DNA of 64,000 bases from Deltaproteobacteria bacterium (GTDB lineage Bacteria; Myxococcota; Kuafuiibacteriia; Kuafuiibacteriales; Kuafuiibacteriaceae): assembly GCA_016703535.1 (NCBI GenBank), contig JADJBV010000002.1, positions 2,177,721 to 2,241,720 on the forward strand, in the 5' to 3' direction. The position numbers and the translations under genes are program-made. Shown piece by piece: positions 1 to 7,581 of the stretch (its first letter is position 1; each line of letters starts with the position of its first letter). The notes under the pieces were generated by a model. It was not told the DNA's origin and did no database searches. It saw only the letters and a list, made by a program, of their open reading frames with translations.

Positions 1-76
1 CTTTGGTCGCCGACCTGGCGCACCAGCTGGGCCGCACCTTGGCCGGCACGGTGCCCGCCTCTGCGGAGGCCGAGCT

Positions 77-2293
77 GTGAGCGACAAACAACGCAAGCTC
101 AAGGACAAAGCCTCGAAGCTCCACGCCGAAGGCAAATACAAGGAGGCGCTCAAGCTCTACGAGCAGGTGGTCGTCGAAGATCCAACCGAGCTGCAGTGCC
201 TGCTCAAGGTCGGCGACATCTACAAGCGCCTCGGGCAACGGGAAGCCGCGGTAAAGGCCTACGAGCCGGTCGCCAAACACTACGCTGAAGATGGCCTGCT
301 GCTGAAGGCGATCGCGGTCTGCAAGATGATCTTGGCCGCCGATCCGCACCACGCCGGCACCCAAGCGATGCTCAACCAACTGCACGGCAAAAAGCGCGGG
401 CCGATCGGCGCCAGCACCTTGCCGCTGAAGCCGCCGCCGCCCCGGCCGATGATCAGCCCAGCCGAACGGCTGGAGCGCAGCTTTGGGATCTCGAGTGATC
501 TGCCCGCATCTTCGACGTCCAACGACGACGATGAAGAGATGGTGATCGAGCGGACCTCCCGTCCTGCCCCGAGCCGCCCGGCGCCCAATCCCTCCTCACC
601 TTCGGCGCCGGCTGAGGCGGTGTTGCCGGCGGCCTCGTGGCCTCCCAAGCCGGGCGCGCCGACGCCGAACCCGGCTACGCCCAACGCCCCCGCGTGGCCG
701 GTGGCCGCCAAAACTGGGACCCCGGCGCCGTCCTGGCCGGCTTCGACGCCCACCTCCCCGCCGTTGGGCGCCGCTTGGCCCCAGACCCCGGCCGCCGGCC
801 CGTCTTGGCCCCCCACTCCACCCGCGGCGGCGACGCCCTCTTGGCCTGCTGCCCCCGCCGCTTCGGCGGCCGGCCCTGCACCCTCCGCCTGGCCCCCCAA
901 ATCTGCGGCCCCACCGCCGGTGCCGGCGGACGTCGAGGAAGAGGCCTCCCTCGAGGACTCGGAGCTCGACATCTCGGTGGGCGCGGTGATCGAAGAGACC
1001 GCCCACGAAGGCCTGGACTTGGAGGCCGACCACGAGTCGGAGCTGAAGGCCTTGATGGGTGAACTCGGTGGCCAAGTTGGCGCCCACGACGACGGCGGCG
1101 ATGAACCCCTGGGGAACGACGAACCAATGGAGTCACCGTCCCCCTTGTCGGCCTTGCCCGAAGATCCGGTGCCTCAGCCGATGGACGAGACCTGGAACGG
1201 CAAGATCCGGCTCCAAGATCTGGACGGCCCGCCCCCCGAAGAGCCCCAGGGCCGCTTTTTGGAGGAGTCCAGCGCCTTGATCTTGAGCGACGTGGTCGAC
1301 ACCGCCGAGCTCCTGATCCCGCCGGACCTCGGCACCGGCAAAGAAGTGCCGATCGAACTCACTCAACGGAGCAGCAGCGGCCGCTCCCCCGCCAACACCG
1401 GCAACTTCGACGACAACGAGTCGGCCCGCTACGAGGCCTCCAACGCCGACGTCTTGGGCCAACCCCAGATCCCGCTCTTTTCAGATCTGCCCAAAAACGC
1501 CTTCGTCGAGCTCTTGGTGCAGATGGAGATGAAGGAACTTTCACCCGGCGAATACGTGATCAAGGAGGGCGACATCGGCGACTCCTTCTTCGTGTTGGCC
1601 ACCGGCAAAGTCCGGGTCTCTCGCAGAGCCGAGGGCGGCTCCGAGGTGATCTTGGCCTACCTGACCGACGGCGCCTTTTTTGGCGAGATGGCGCTGCTCC
1701 AAGGGGGCCCACGGACCGCCTCGGTGATCGTCGAAGAAGACAGCCAACTCTTCGAGATCAAAAAGGAGCTCCTCGATCAGGTGGTGGCCCGTTATCCGAG
1801 CGTCGCCGCCATCCTCAAGAACTTCTACAAACAACGGCTGCTCTCGACGGCGATGGCCACCCACCCGCTGTTCCGCCCCTTCAGCAACGCCGAACGCCGG
1901 CAGCTGATGGAGATGTTCAAGAGCCGTGCCTTCGAGGCCGGCAGCGTGCTCCTCGAGGAAGGGAAAAAAGGCACCGGCCTCTACCTCGCCCTCTACGGCA
2001 GCCTGGAGGTCAGCAAGGACCAGGACGGCAACAAGCTGGTCCTGGCCGAGCTGGGCCCGGGCGATCTGTTCGGCGAGATGTCCCTCCTGACGGGCAAGCC
2101 GACGGTCGCGACCGTTCGGGCCATGACCGAGTGTTACGTGCTCCGGCTCTCCAAGAAGAAGTTCGACGAGGTGATCATGACCCACCCCCAGGTCCTGGAG
2201 CTGGTTTCGGTGGTCTCGGACGAACGTTCGGCCATCAACCAGACCCTCCTCTCGGCCCAAGACGAGGTCGCCGCCGGCACCATCTTGGTCTGA
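77..2293 (+). CDS. TPR-like N-terminus / proline-rich 'SWP/AWP' low-complexity linker / tandem cyclic-nucleotide-binding (cNMP) domain protein
   Basis: 738-aa ORF with a GTG start. The N-terminal ~100 aa are TPR-like helices (GKYKEALKLYEQV..LLKVGDIYKRLGQREAAVKAY). Next comes a ~200-aa Pro/Ala/Ser-rich stretch with repeated xSWP/AWP units, then an acidic region. The C-terminal half has two cNMP-binding signatures (FFGEMALL..PRTASV and LFGEMSLLTGKPTVATVRA). A stop is followed by a hairpin. Confidence 0.7.
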   Translation: MSDKQRKLKDKASKLHAEGKYKEALKLYEQVVVEDPTELQCLLKVGDIYKRLGQREAAVKAYEPVAKHYAEDGLLLKAIAVCKMILAADPHHAGTQAMLNQLHGKKRGPIGASTLPLKPPPPRPMISPAERLERSFGISSDLPASSTSNDDDEEMVIERTSRPAPSRPAPNPSSPSAPAEAVLPAASWPPKPGAPTPNPATPNAPAWPVAAKTGTPAPSWPASTPTSPPLGAAWPQTPAAGPSWPPTPPAAATPSWPAAPAASAAGPAPSAWPPKSAAPPPVPADVEEEASLEDSELDISVGAVIEETAHEGLDLEADHESELKALMGELGGQVGAHDDGGDEPLGNDEPMESPSPLSALPEDPVPQPMDETWNGKIRLQDLDGPPPEEPQGRFLEESSALILSDVVDTAELLIPPDLGTGKEVPIELTQRSSSGRSPANTGNFDDNESARYEASNADVLGQPQIPLFSDLPKNAFVELLVQMEMKELSPGEYVIKEGDIGDSFFVLATGKVRVSRRAEGGSEVILAYLTDGAFFGEMALLQGGPRTASVIVEEDSQLFEIKKELLDQVVARYPSVAAILKNFYKQRLLSTAMATHPLFRPFSNAERRQLMEMFKSRAFEAGSVLLEEGKKGTGLYLALYGSLEVSKDQDGNKLVLAELGPGDLFGEMSLLTGKPTVATVRAMTECYVLRLSKKKFDEVIMTHPQVLELVSVVSDERSAINQTLLSAQDEVAAGTILV

Positions 2294-2314
2294 CCTCGGG
2301 CCAACCCCGAGCGA

Positions 2315-2332
2315 CCGAACGTGCCGGTTCGG
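2315..2332 (+). terminator. Short GC hairpin (CCGAAC-GTGCCG-GTTCGG) 22 nt after the stop of the 77..2293 gene. It is terminator-like but has no U-tract.
   Basis: Perfect 6-bp inverted repeat seen directly in the sequence. Intrinsic terminators in high-GC bacteria often lack T-runs. Confidence 0.3.
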
Positions 2333-2333
2333 C

Positions 2334-2362
2334 TTGACATTCGCCGGCCAGATCCGTGAACT
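2334..2362 (+). promoter_or_regulatory. Candidate sigma70-type promoter for tRNA-Pro (TTGACA -17 nt- TGAACT)
   Basis: A perfect -35 hexamer TTGACA sits at ~2334-2339, followed by a 17-nt spacer and a weak -10 (TGAACT, 3/6). The spacing puts the transcription start about 3-5 nt before the tRNA 5' end at 2373. Confidence 0.3.
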
Positions 2363-2372
2363 CCGCCCCCAT

Positions 2373-2447
<75 letters not shown>

Positions 2448-2499
2448 TATGCTAAGGGCTCGGAATCCATAAGGTTCCGGGCCCTTGGTGTTTGTGGCC

Positions 2500-4329
2500 T
2501 TAGCCGTTCGACAAGAGCGCGTAGGCCATCGCCGCCGCCAAGGACAGGCCAAGGGCCACCGCGGTGAAGCCGAAGACGCGATAGGAGATGGCCCAAACCA
2601 AGGACGGCGGGGCCTCCATGACCAACTCGCCGAGGCGGCCTTCGGCCTGGAGCCGCTTCCACTGCTCCGGGCGCTCCTCCCGCAGCTCCTCCTCCGAGAT
2701 CCGGCCGTCGAAGATCACCGTGTCCATCGGGAACTTCTCGGGTCGGAAGTGCGTGTTGAAGAAGTGCACGGTGAAGATGAAGCCGGTGGCGAGGAGGGCC
2801 TCGTCCGAGTGCACGATGGTCGCCAAGTTGAAGAACCACCCCGGCACCAGGTGAGCGGCGGCCTCCGGGAACCAGAGCATGAGCCCACTCAGGCCGATGG
2901 CGAACATGCCCCAGAACACGGCCAGGAAGTCGAACTTCTCCCAGTAGGTCCATCGATCGAAGCTGGGCCGCGGCCCTCGGAAGGTGAACCAGCGGAACAT
3001 CGCGATGATGTCCCGAAGGTCGCGCAGGTTGGGGAACAGCGAGTCCGGTCCCCAGAGCCGAGCCCACCAGCTGCCGCCGGGGCGTTGGCGATCGAAGAGG
3101 AAGCGGAAGCTCATCCCCAACGCGACGATGAAGTACCCAAAGGTGATCACCGCGGCGCTGTGGTGGATGGCCCGGGCCCGGTCTGGTCCGCCGACCCAAC
3201 CCATCAGCGTGTGGCCCCAGCCGGTGCCGCTGAACTTCAGCGGCAGGCCTGTGAACGCCAGGGCGAGGAAGCTGACCACCACCACCAGGTGGAGCCCGAT
3301 CTGCACCGGGGTGAAGCGACGATAGGTCTTGCCGTGGGCGCTGGGACGGGGGACCGGGGGCGTCGGGTTGTTGCGGCGTTCGACGAATGCGCGCAGGGCC
3401 CACAACGCTGAGTGCACCCAGAAGAAGAAGAAGGTGCCGACCAGCAGCGAGGTCATTCCGATCCGGGTCCAGTACAACGCCGGGCTCTTCACCCGGTCGC
3501 CGTCTTCGGCGTGGGGGATGAACTCCACGAAGGAGGAGGTGGCGCCGGCGTGGCACTGGCCGCAGGTCGCGACCAGGTGGTTCGGGGAGACGCTGGACTC
3601 GGGATCTTCGGCCTTCCGCACCTCGTGTGAGCGGTGGCAGTCAGCGCAGCCCGCGACCTTCTCCGGGTAGCCGAGCCTCACGTTTTTGCCGTGAAAGCTC
3701 TGGAAAAAGGTCTCGCCGGCGATCCAGGTGACCTCGTTTTTCTCCATCTTCTCCCGATCGTCGTGGCACTCGAGGCAGGCCATGGTGTGGAAGGCGCGCC
3801 CTTTTTCATCGTTGTCGATCTTGGCCACGGTGTGGGTCGCGTGACAGTCGGTGCAGGTTGGTGCGTCGAAGTGGCCTTCCTTCAGGGCGGCGTAGTGGGT
3901 CGAGGCGAAGTAGGGCGCCTGGCGTGAGTGGCACCCGGCGCAGGTCTCGGCGGTCCTGAGCTTGTCGCCCTTGTGTGACTTGAGGGTGTGGATGTCCGAG
4001 TGGCAGCCCACACAACCCGCCGGGAGTCGCTCGCTGTTGTGGATGCTTCCTTCGTGTTGCTCCGCCTCCTTTTCGTGGCAGCGGGCGCATTCGGTCGAGA
4101 CGAAGGCCGCGGCACACTGCTGATCGCCGGAAGTGGGCGCCGCTTGGCTGTCGTCCTTCTGGTGGCAGGCGGTGCAGGTGAGATCAGCGTGGACCGAAAC
4201 GTCGTAGCGTTGCCCCGGCACCTGCTCCTCGTGGCAGGTCAAGCAGGCGCTGGTCCCCTGCGCCGCCATCGCAACGCTCGGAGAGACCAGGAGCTGGGCG
4301 AGGAGCAAGGTGCGGGTGGCGGTAGACAT
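2500..4329 (-). CDS. CbcL-like quinol:periplasm oxidoreductase. An N-terminal periplasmic 9-heme c-type cytochrome is fused to a C-terminal HydC/FdnI-like diheme cytochrome-b membrane domain.
   Basis: 609 aa. A signal peptide is followed by nine CxxCH motifs (CLTCH, CTACH, CARCH, CVGCH, CAGCH, CTDCH, CLECH, CADCH, CGQCH). About 280 aa of polytopic membrane sequence with conserved His residues (HLVVVVSFLALAFTGLPLKF, HHSAAVITFGYF, VHSDEALLATGFIFTVHFFNTHF) is typical of Ni/Fe-hydrogenase or formate-dehydrogenase b-type subunits. Order and heme count match Geobacter CbcL. It is the last gene of the minus-strand operon, 13 nt after the upstream gene. Confidence 0.8.
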   Translation of the reverse strand: MSTATRTLLLAQLLVSPSVAMAAQGTSACLTCHEEQVPGQRYDVSVHADLTCTACHQKDDSQAAPTSGDQQCAAAFVSTECARCHEKEAEQHEGSIHNSERLPAGCVGCHSDIHTLKSHKGDKLRTAETCAGCHSRQAPYFASTHYAALKEGHFDAPTCTDCHATHTVAKIDNDEKGRAFHTMACLECHDDREKMEKNEVTWIAGETFFQSFHGKNVRLGYPEKVAGCADCHRSHEVRKAEDPESSVSPNHLVATCGQCHAGATSSFVEFIPHAEDGDRVKSPALYWTRIGMTSLLVGTFFFFWVHSALWALRAFVERRNNPTPPVPRPSAHGKTYRRFTPVQIGLHLVVVVSFLALAFTGLPLKFSGTGWGHTLMGWVGGPDRARAIHHSAAVITFGYFIVALGMSFRFLFDRQRPGGSWWARLWGPDSLFPNLRDLRDIIAMFRWFTFRGPRPSFDRWTYWEKFDFLAVFWGMFAIGLSGLMLWFPEAAAHLVPGWFFNLATIVHSDEALLATGFIFTVHFFNTHFRPEKFPMDTVIFDGRISEEELREERPEQWKRLQAEGRLGELVMEAPPSLVWAISYRVFGFTAVALGLSLAAAMAYALLSNG

Positions 4330-4342
4330 AAATGTGGTCTCC

Positions 4343-5521
4343 TCAACTGCACAGACCAGCCGCTCGCCGAGCCGTCTTCAGCTTGATGCGTGTCTGGTAG
4401 GAGTCCTTCGGGAAGGCGTCGAGTACGCTGAGCGGCGGCCGCGCCCAGTCGAAGTGGGGCAGGTCCGCGACGGGCAGGAACACCTCTCTCCAGTCGGAGA
4501 GGCCGTGCTCGAGCACGTAGAGGTTGGTGACGCCCTCCATCTTCAGCCGCTTCCAGGCCCGGGCCGCGACCTCTGGGTCATCGCTGATCAAGATGACGAC
4601 GCCGTTGACGGGGAGTTGATTGAGCTGAAAGCGCAGGCCGGGCTCGAGCAGCGCGTCGTATTGGACGTTCTTCGACCCGGCCAGGTGGAAGGTCTCAAAG
4701 GCCTCGGGTGCACGTAGGTCGAGGGTCACGAGCTTCACCGAGGCGTCGTTCCAGGTCTTCACGTACTCGAGGGGGTGCACCTGTTCCTCGCGCCGTTCGA
4801 GGAGCTCCTGGTATTGATCACCAAGCCGCGCCCACTTGTCCTCGGGGGTCATTTCTCCCTTGCTCCAGATGAAAAGCGCCAGGGCCAACGCCGAACCCGC
4901 CGCCGCGACGTACCGCGGGTTCTGCGGAGCCCACCGGACCGGCGCCCCCGCCATGAACGCCTCGGCCCTTTCGGCCGCATAAAAGAGGATCAGGGCCAAC
5001 GCGGTGACCCCCACGACCGTGGCCCCGATCGACCAGCCGAGCCAGTCCGAGACCAGGAGACGTTCGGTATACGACGAGTTCCAGAAGGGTTCGTACAGAG
5101 ACACGGTCTCGGCGAAGATCCCGGCGCCGACGATCGTCCCGACCAAAAAGAGCAGGCCGTCGATCTTGAAGCTGGCCGCCGACACCGCCGAGGTCCCGGG
5201 GCAATAACCGCCCACGACGAACCCGACGCCCATCACCAGACCGCCCACGATCCCCGGCCAGAGGTAGGTCTGGTTGACGAAGATCTTCGAGAAGTCGAGG
5301 TACCCGAGGGAGGCCGCGAGGAAGATGAGCAAACAAGCGGTCAAGATGCCGCTGAACATCGTCTTGAGCACGGTCATGTCGCGGAAGTAGAACTGGGAAG
5401 CGAGCTTCTTCGCGTTCCCGAAGCCCGCCAACTCCAGCACCACGCCGAAGCCGACCCCGATCAGGGCCGAGACCAGGTAGACGAGCCATTTACCATTTGC
5501 CGTGAGATCGAGCGGGAGCAT
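4343..5521 (-). CDS. YeeE/YedE-family sulfur (thiosulfate) transporter half fused to a C-terminal rhodanese-like domain
   Basis: The ORF track gives 4343..5605. I prefer the internal start MLPLDLTANGKW (track-derived 5521), which sits 12 nt after the upstream gene. The membrane part has the YeeE/YedE signature GGYCPGTS. The C-terminal ~130 aa is a rhodanese fold (DLRAPEAFETFHLAGSKNV...VVILISDDPEVAARAW). The catalytic Cys position appears substituted (ISDD), so it may be an inactive rhodanese. Confidence 0.75.
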   Translation of the reverse strand: MLPLDLTANGKWLVYLVSALIGVGFGVVLELAGFGNAKKLASQFYFRDMTVLKTMFSGILTACLLIFLAASLGYLDFSKIFVNQTYLWPGIVGGLVMGVGFVVGGYCPGTSAVSAASFKIDGLLFLVGTIVGAGIFAETVSLYEPFWNSSYTERLLVSDWLGWSIGATVVGVTALALILFYAAERAEAFMAGAPVRWAPQNPRYVAAAGSALALALFIWSKGEMTPEDKWARLGDQYQELLERREEQVHPLEYVKTWNDASVKLVTLDLRAPEAFETFHLAGSKNVQYDALLEPGLRFQLNQLPVNGVVILISDDPEVAARAWKRLKMEGVTNLYVLEHGLSDWREVFLPVADLPHFDWARPPLSVLDAFPKDSYQTRIKLKTARRAAGLCS

Positions 5522-5532
5522 AACTTGTCTCC

Positions 5533-6051
5533 TCAGTTCCAGAGCCGACGGACGAACCAGGCCAACGCGTAGGCGCCCAGGAAGACCGAAAACATGAAGG
5601 CCCACGAGCCAAGGGAGAGCACCGCGCCACCACTCAGCGCCTGCCCCGACGTGCAGCCCCGGGCCAAACGCGCGCCGTAACCCATGATCAGCCCTCCCAG
5701 GACGGCCAAGGCCAGACGTTTGGCTTTCCCGACCCCCGGGCCGGCGATCACCTCGAGCTTTTGCCGTCGGTGGAGGCGGGCCGAAAGGGCGCCCCCGAGG
5801 AGGGTGCCGAGGAGCATCATCACGCTCGAGTGATCGAGCGCGTGTCGATCGCCGCCGGCCATCGCCGCCAGATAACCGACCCGATCGACGTGGGACTGGG
5901 CCACGGTCGCCACCATCGAGGCCTCGATGCGGCTGATCGCACCCGAGGCGCCGAGCCCGCTGTGGGTCAGCGCGAAGGCCGCGAAGAGCACGATCCCAAG
6001 GAGTACACCCGCCGCGTAGGGGTTCATGAACTTGCTTGCATCAGTCTTCAT
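5533..6051 (-). CDS. YeeE/YedE-family sulfur transporter half (small subunit)
   Basis: The ORF track gives 5533..6291. The upstream 80 codons are Arg/Pro junk that overlaps the neighbouring gene. I place the start at MKTDASKFMNPYAAGVLLG (6051), 173 aa. It is a polytopic membrane protein with the YeeE/YedE motif RGCTSGQALSG. It overlaps the octaheme cytochrome stop by 11 nt. Confidence 0.7.
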   Translation of the reverse strand: MKTDASKFMNPYAAGVLLGIVLFAAFALTHSGLGASGAISRIEASMVATVAQSHVDRVGYLAAMAGGDRHALDHSSVMMLLGTLLGGALSARLHRRQKLEVIAGPGVGKAKRLALAVLGGLIMGYGARLARGCTSGQALSGGAVLSLGSWAFMFSVFLGAYALAWFVRRLWN

Positions 6052-7480
6052 AACGAATCCCTCCCGCGGGGTCTCGCTCGTAGCCGAGCGCCTTCCAGTC
6101 GAGGCGGCCCTTGGGGCCGTGGCAGTCTTGGCAAACCAGCGCCTCTTTGGCCGGCGCGACCATGTGGGTGATGGGCCAGTACATATGGGTCTTGGTGAAG
6201 TCGAACTCGCCGCTGTAGGGCAGGCCGGCGGTCGCCATCCCCTTCTTCGCCGCGGCGGCCCAGTCGAACTGGGTCCAATATCCGCCCTCACCGCTGGTGA
6301 TCGGAGGGATCAGGATCTTGTTGATCGGATCCCAAATCTGTTTGGCCCGGTGGATCTTGAAGGGCCACAACTTGGCCTTTGGATCGTCGCGGCCACCGAG
6401 CGGTTGGTTCATGGCCTGATCATCGCTGGTGACGGGATCGCCCATCAGATAACGATCCATCTTCCCGTTGTACCAGGCGTACTCCGGGCGAACCTCGCCG
6501 TCGTAGCGGAACTCTCCTTTGATCTTGAGATACTCGTGGGTCGAGTCCTGGCGCGCCTGGTCGCCGGCCTTGGACCAATCCCAGTCCATCTTGGTCGGGT
6601 ACTTTCGAGCGAAGGCGGGGACGTGGCAGGTCTGGCAGGCCAGGCGATCGAGGTGTTTGTTTAGCACCGCGTCCTTGTGCGGATTTCCGCTGTGGCACTT
6701 GTCGCAGCCGAAGCGGGCCGGGTGAGAGGCCTCGCTGTAGGTCGCGTTCATCTTCCCGGGCACCACGTGTCCGTGGGCTTCGTGGCAGTCCGTGCATTGG
6801 AAGTTGAGCTTGCCCATGTGCACGTCGAGTTCCTCGTTGGGGTTGAGCAGCGAGTCATCGAGGTCGCCGTGTTTGACGCCCATTCCTCCTCCGCCGTTGA
6901 AGTGGCAGCTCCCGCAGTTGTCGCGGCCGGGGGCCCGGACGCTGCCCGCTGCGGCGGCGAGGTCGACCTGTTTGCCGGGGAGGCCGCCCTTCTCTTTGGC
7001 GTAGCCTCCGGAGCCGTCGTGGCAAGCGAGACAGTCGACGTTTTCTTGTCGGGTGAAGTCGAAGTTGTCGTCGGTCCACCCGTAGCCGGCGTGGCACTTG
7101 GTGCAGGACGCCCAGTTCCCGGACACGCTGATGCAGAAGTTGTTGATCAGGTTCTTCTTCCCGATCGGGATCGACTTCCCATCCCGGATCGCGTCCCCCG
7201 ACAACCAGGTCCAATGGGCCGTCTGCATGACCTCCTTGGCGGATTCGGGGTGGCAGGAGAGGCACTTCTGGGTCACCTCCGGCCCGGTAGCGATCTTCTC
7301 CTTGAAGAAGGCGGTGTGATCGAGGTGCGGCTTGGCCCGGTCGGCGAGGGGGTTTCGGGGCGGGGTCGAGATCGCCGTCGAGAGGTGGCTGCCGGGCGCG
7401 GGTTGGGTCGGCCGGGCAGAGATGAGGAGGCCAGCCCCCCCCGCGGCCAAGGCCCCCAAGATGAGCGCTCGGTGTTTCAT
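6041..7480 (-). CDS. Octaheme c-type cytochrome, tetrathionate-reductase (OTR) family
   Basis: Start at MKHRALILGALAAGGAGLLISARP (signal peptide); the track ORF extends to 7549. Eight CxxCH motifs are present (CLSCH, CTKCH, CLACH, CGSCH, CTDCH, CDKCH, CQTCH, CQDCH) in ~480 aa. Conserved OTR-like blocks include NFCISVSGNWASCTKCH and GKLNFQCTDCHEAHGH. It is the first gene of the minus-strand operon. Confidence 0.75.
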   Translation of the reverse strand: MKHRALILGALAAGGAGLLISARPTQPAPGSHLSTAISTPPRNPLADRAKPHLDHTAFFKEKIATGPEVTQKCLSCHPESAKEVMQTAHWTWLSGDAIRDGKSIPIGKKNLINNFCISVSGNWASCTKCHAGYGWTDDNFDFTRQENVDCLACHDGSGGYAKEKGGLPGKQVDLAAAAGSVRAPGRDNCGSCHFNGGGGMGVKHGDLDDSLLNPNEELDVHMGKLNFQCTDCHEAHGHVVPGKMNATYSEASHPARFGCDKCHSGNPHKDAVLNKHLDRLACQTCHVPAFARKYPTKMDWDWSKAGDQARQDSTHEYLKIKGEFRYDGEVRPEYAWYNGKMDRYLMGDPVTSDDQAMNQPLGGRDDPKAKLWPFKIHRAKQIWDPINKILIPPITSGEGGYWTQFDWAAAAKKGMATAGLPYSGEFDFTKTHMYWPITHMVAPAKEALVCQDCHGPKGRLDWKALGYERDPAGGIRYED

Positions 7481-7581
7481 GCCCATGCTCCAATGCATCG
7501 GCAACACCACTCGTAACTCGATGAAATCACGATGTGACTTGTGCCACACGGGTCGATGGTGCTACGTTTTGTCGCACCGAC

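Noticed and set aside
7481-7581. Sigma54 (-24/-12) promoter upstream of the octaheme cytochrome operon, expected because of the divergent sigma54 activator
   Set aside because: A TGGCAC hexamer exists on the minus strand (~7556-7548), but the -12 position 10 nt downstream lacks GC (ACAT). A second GG-N10-GC match (TGGTGTTGCCGATGCA) lies only ~7 nt from the start codon. Neither fits consensus geometry well enough to call.
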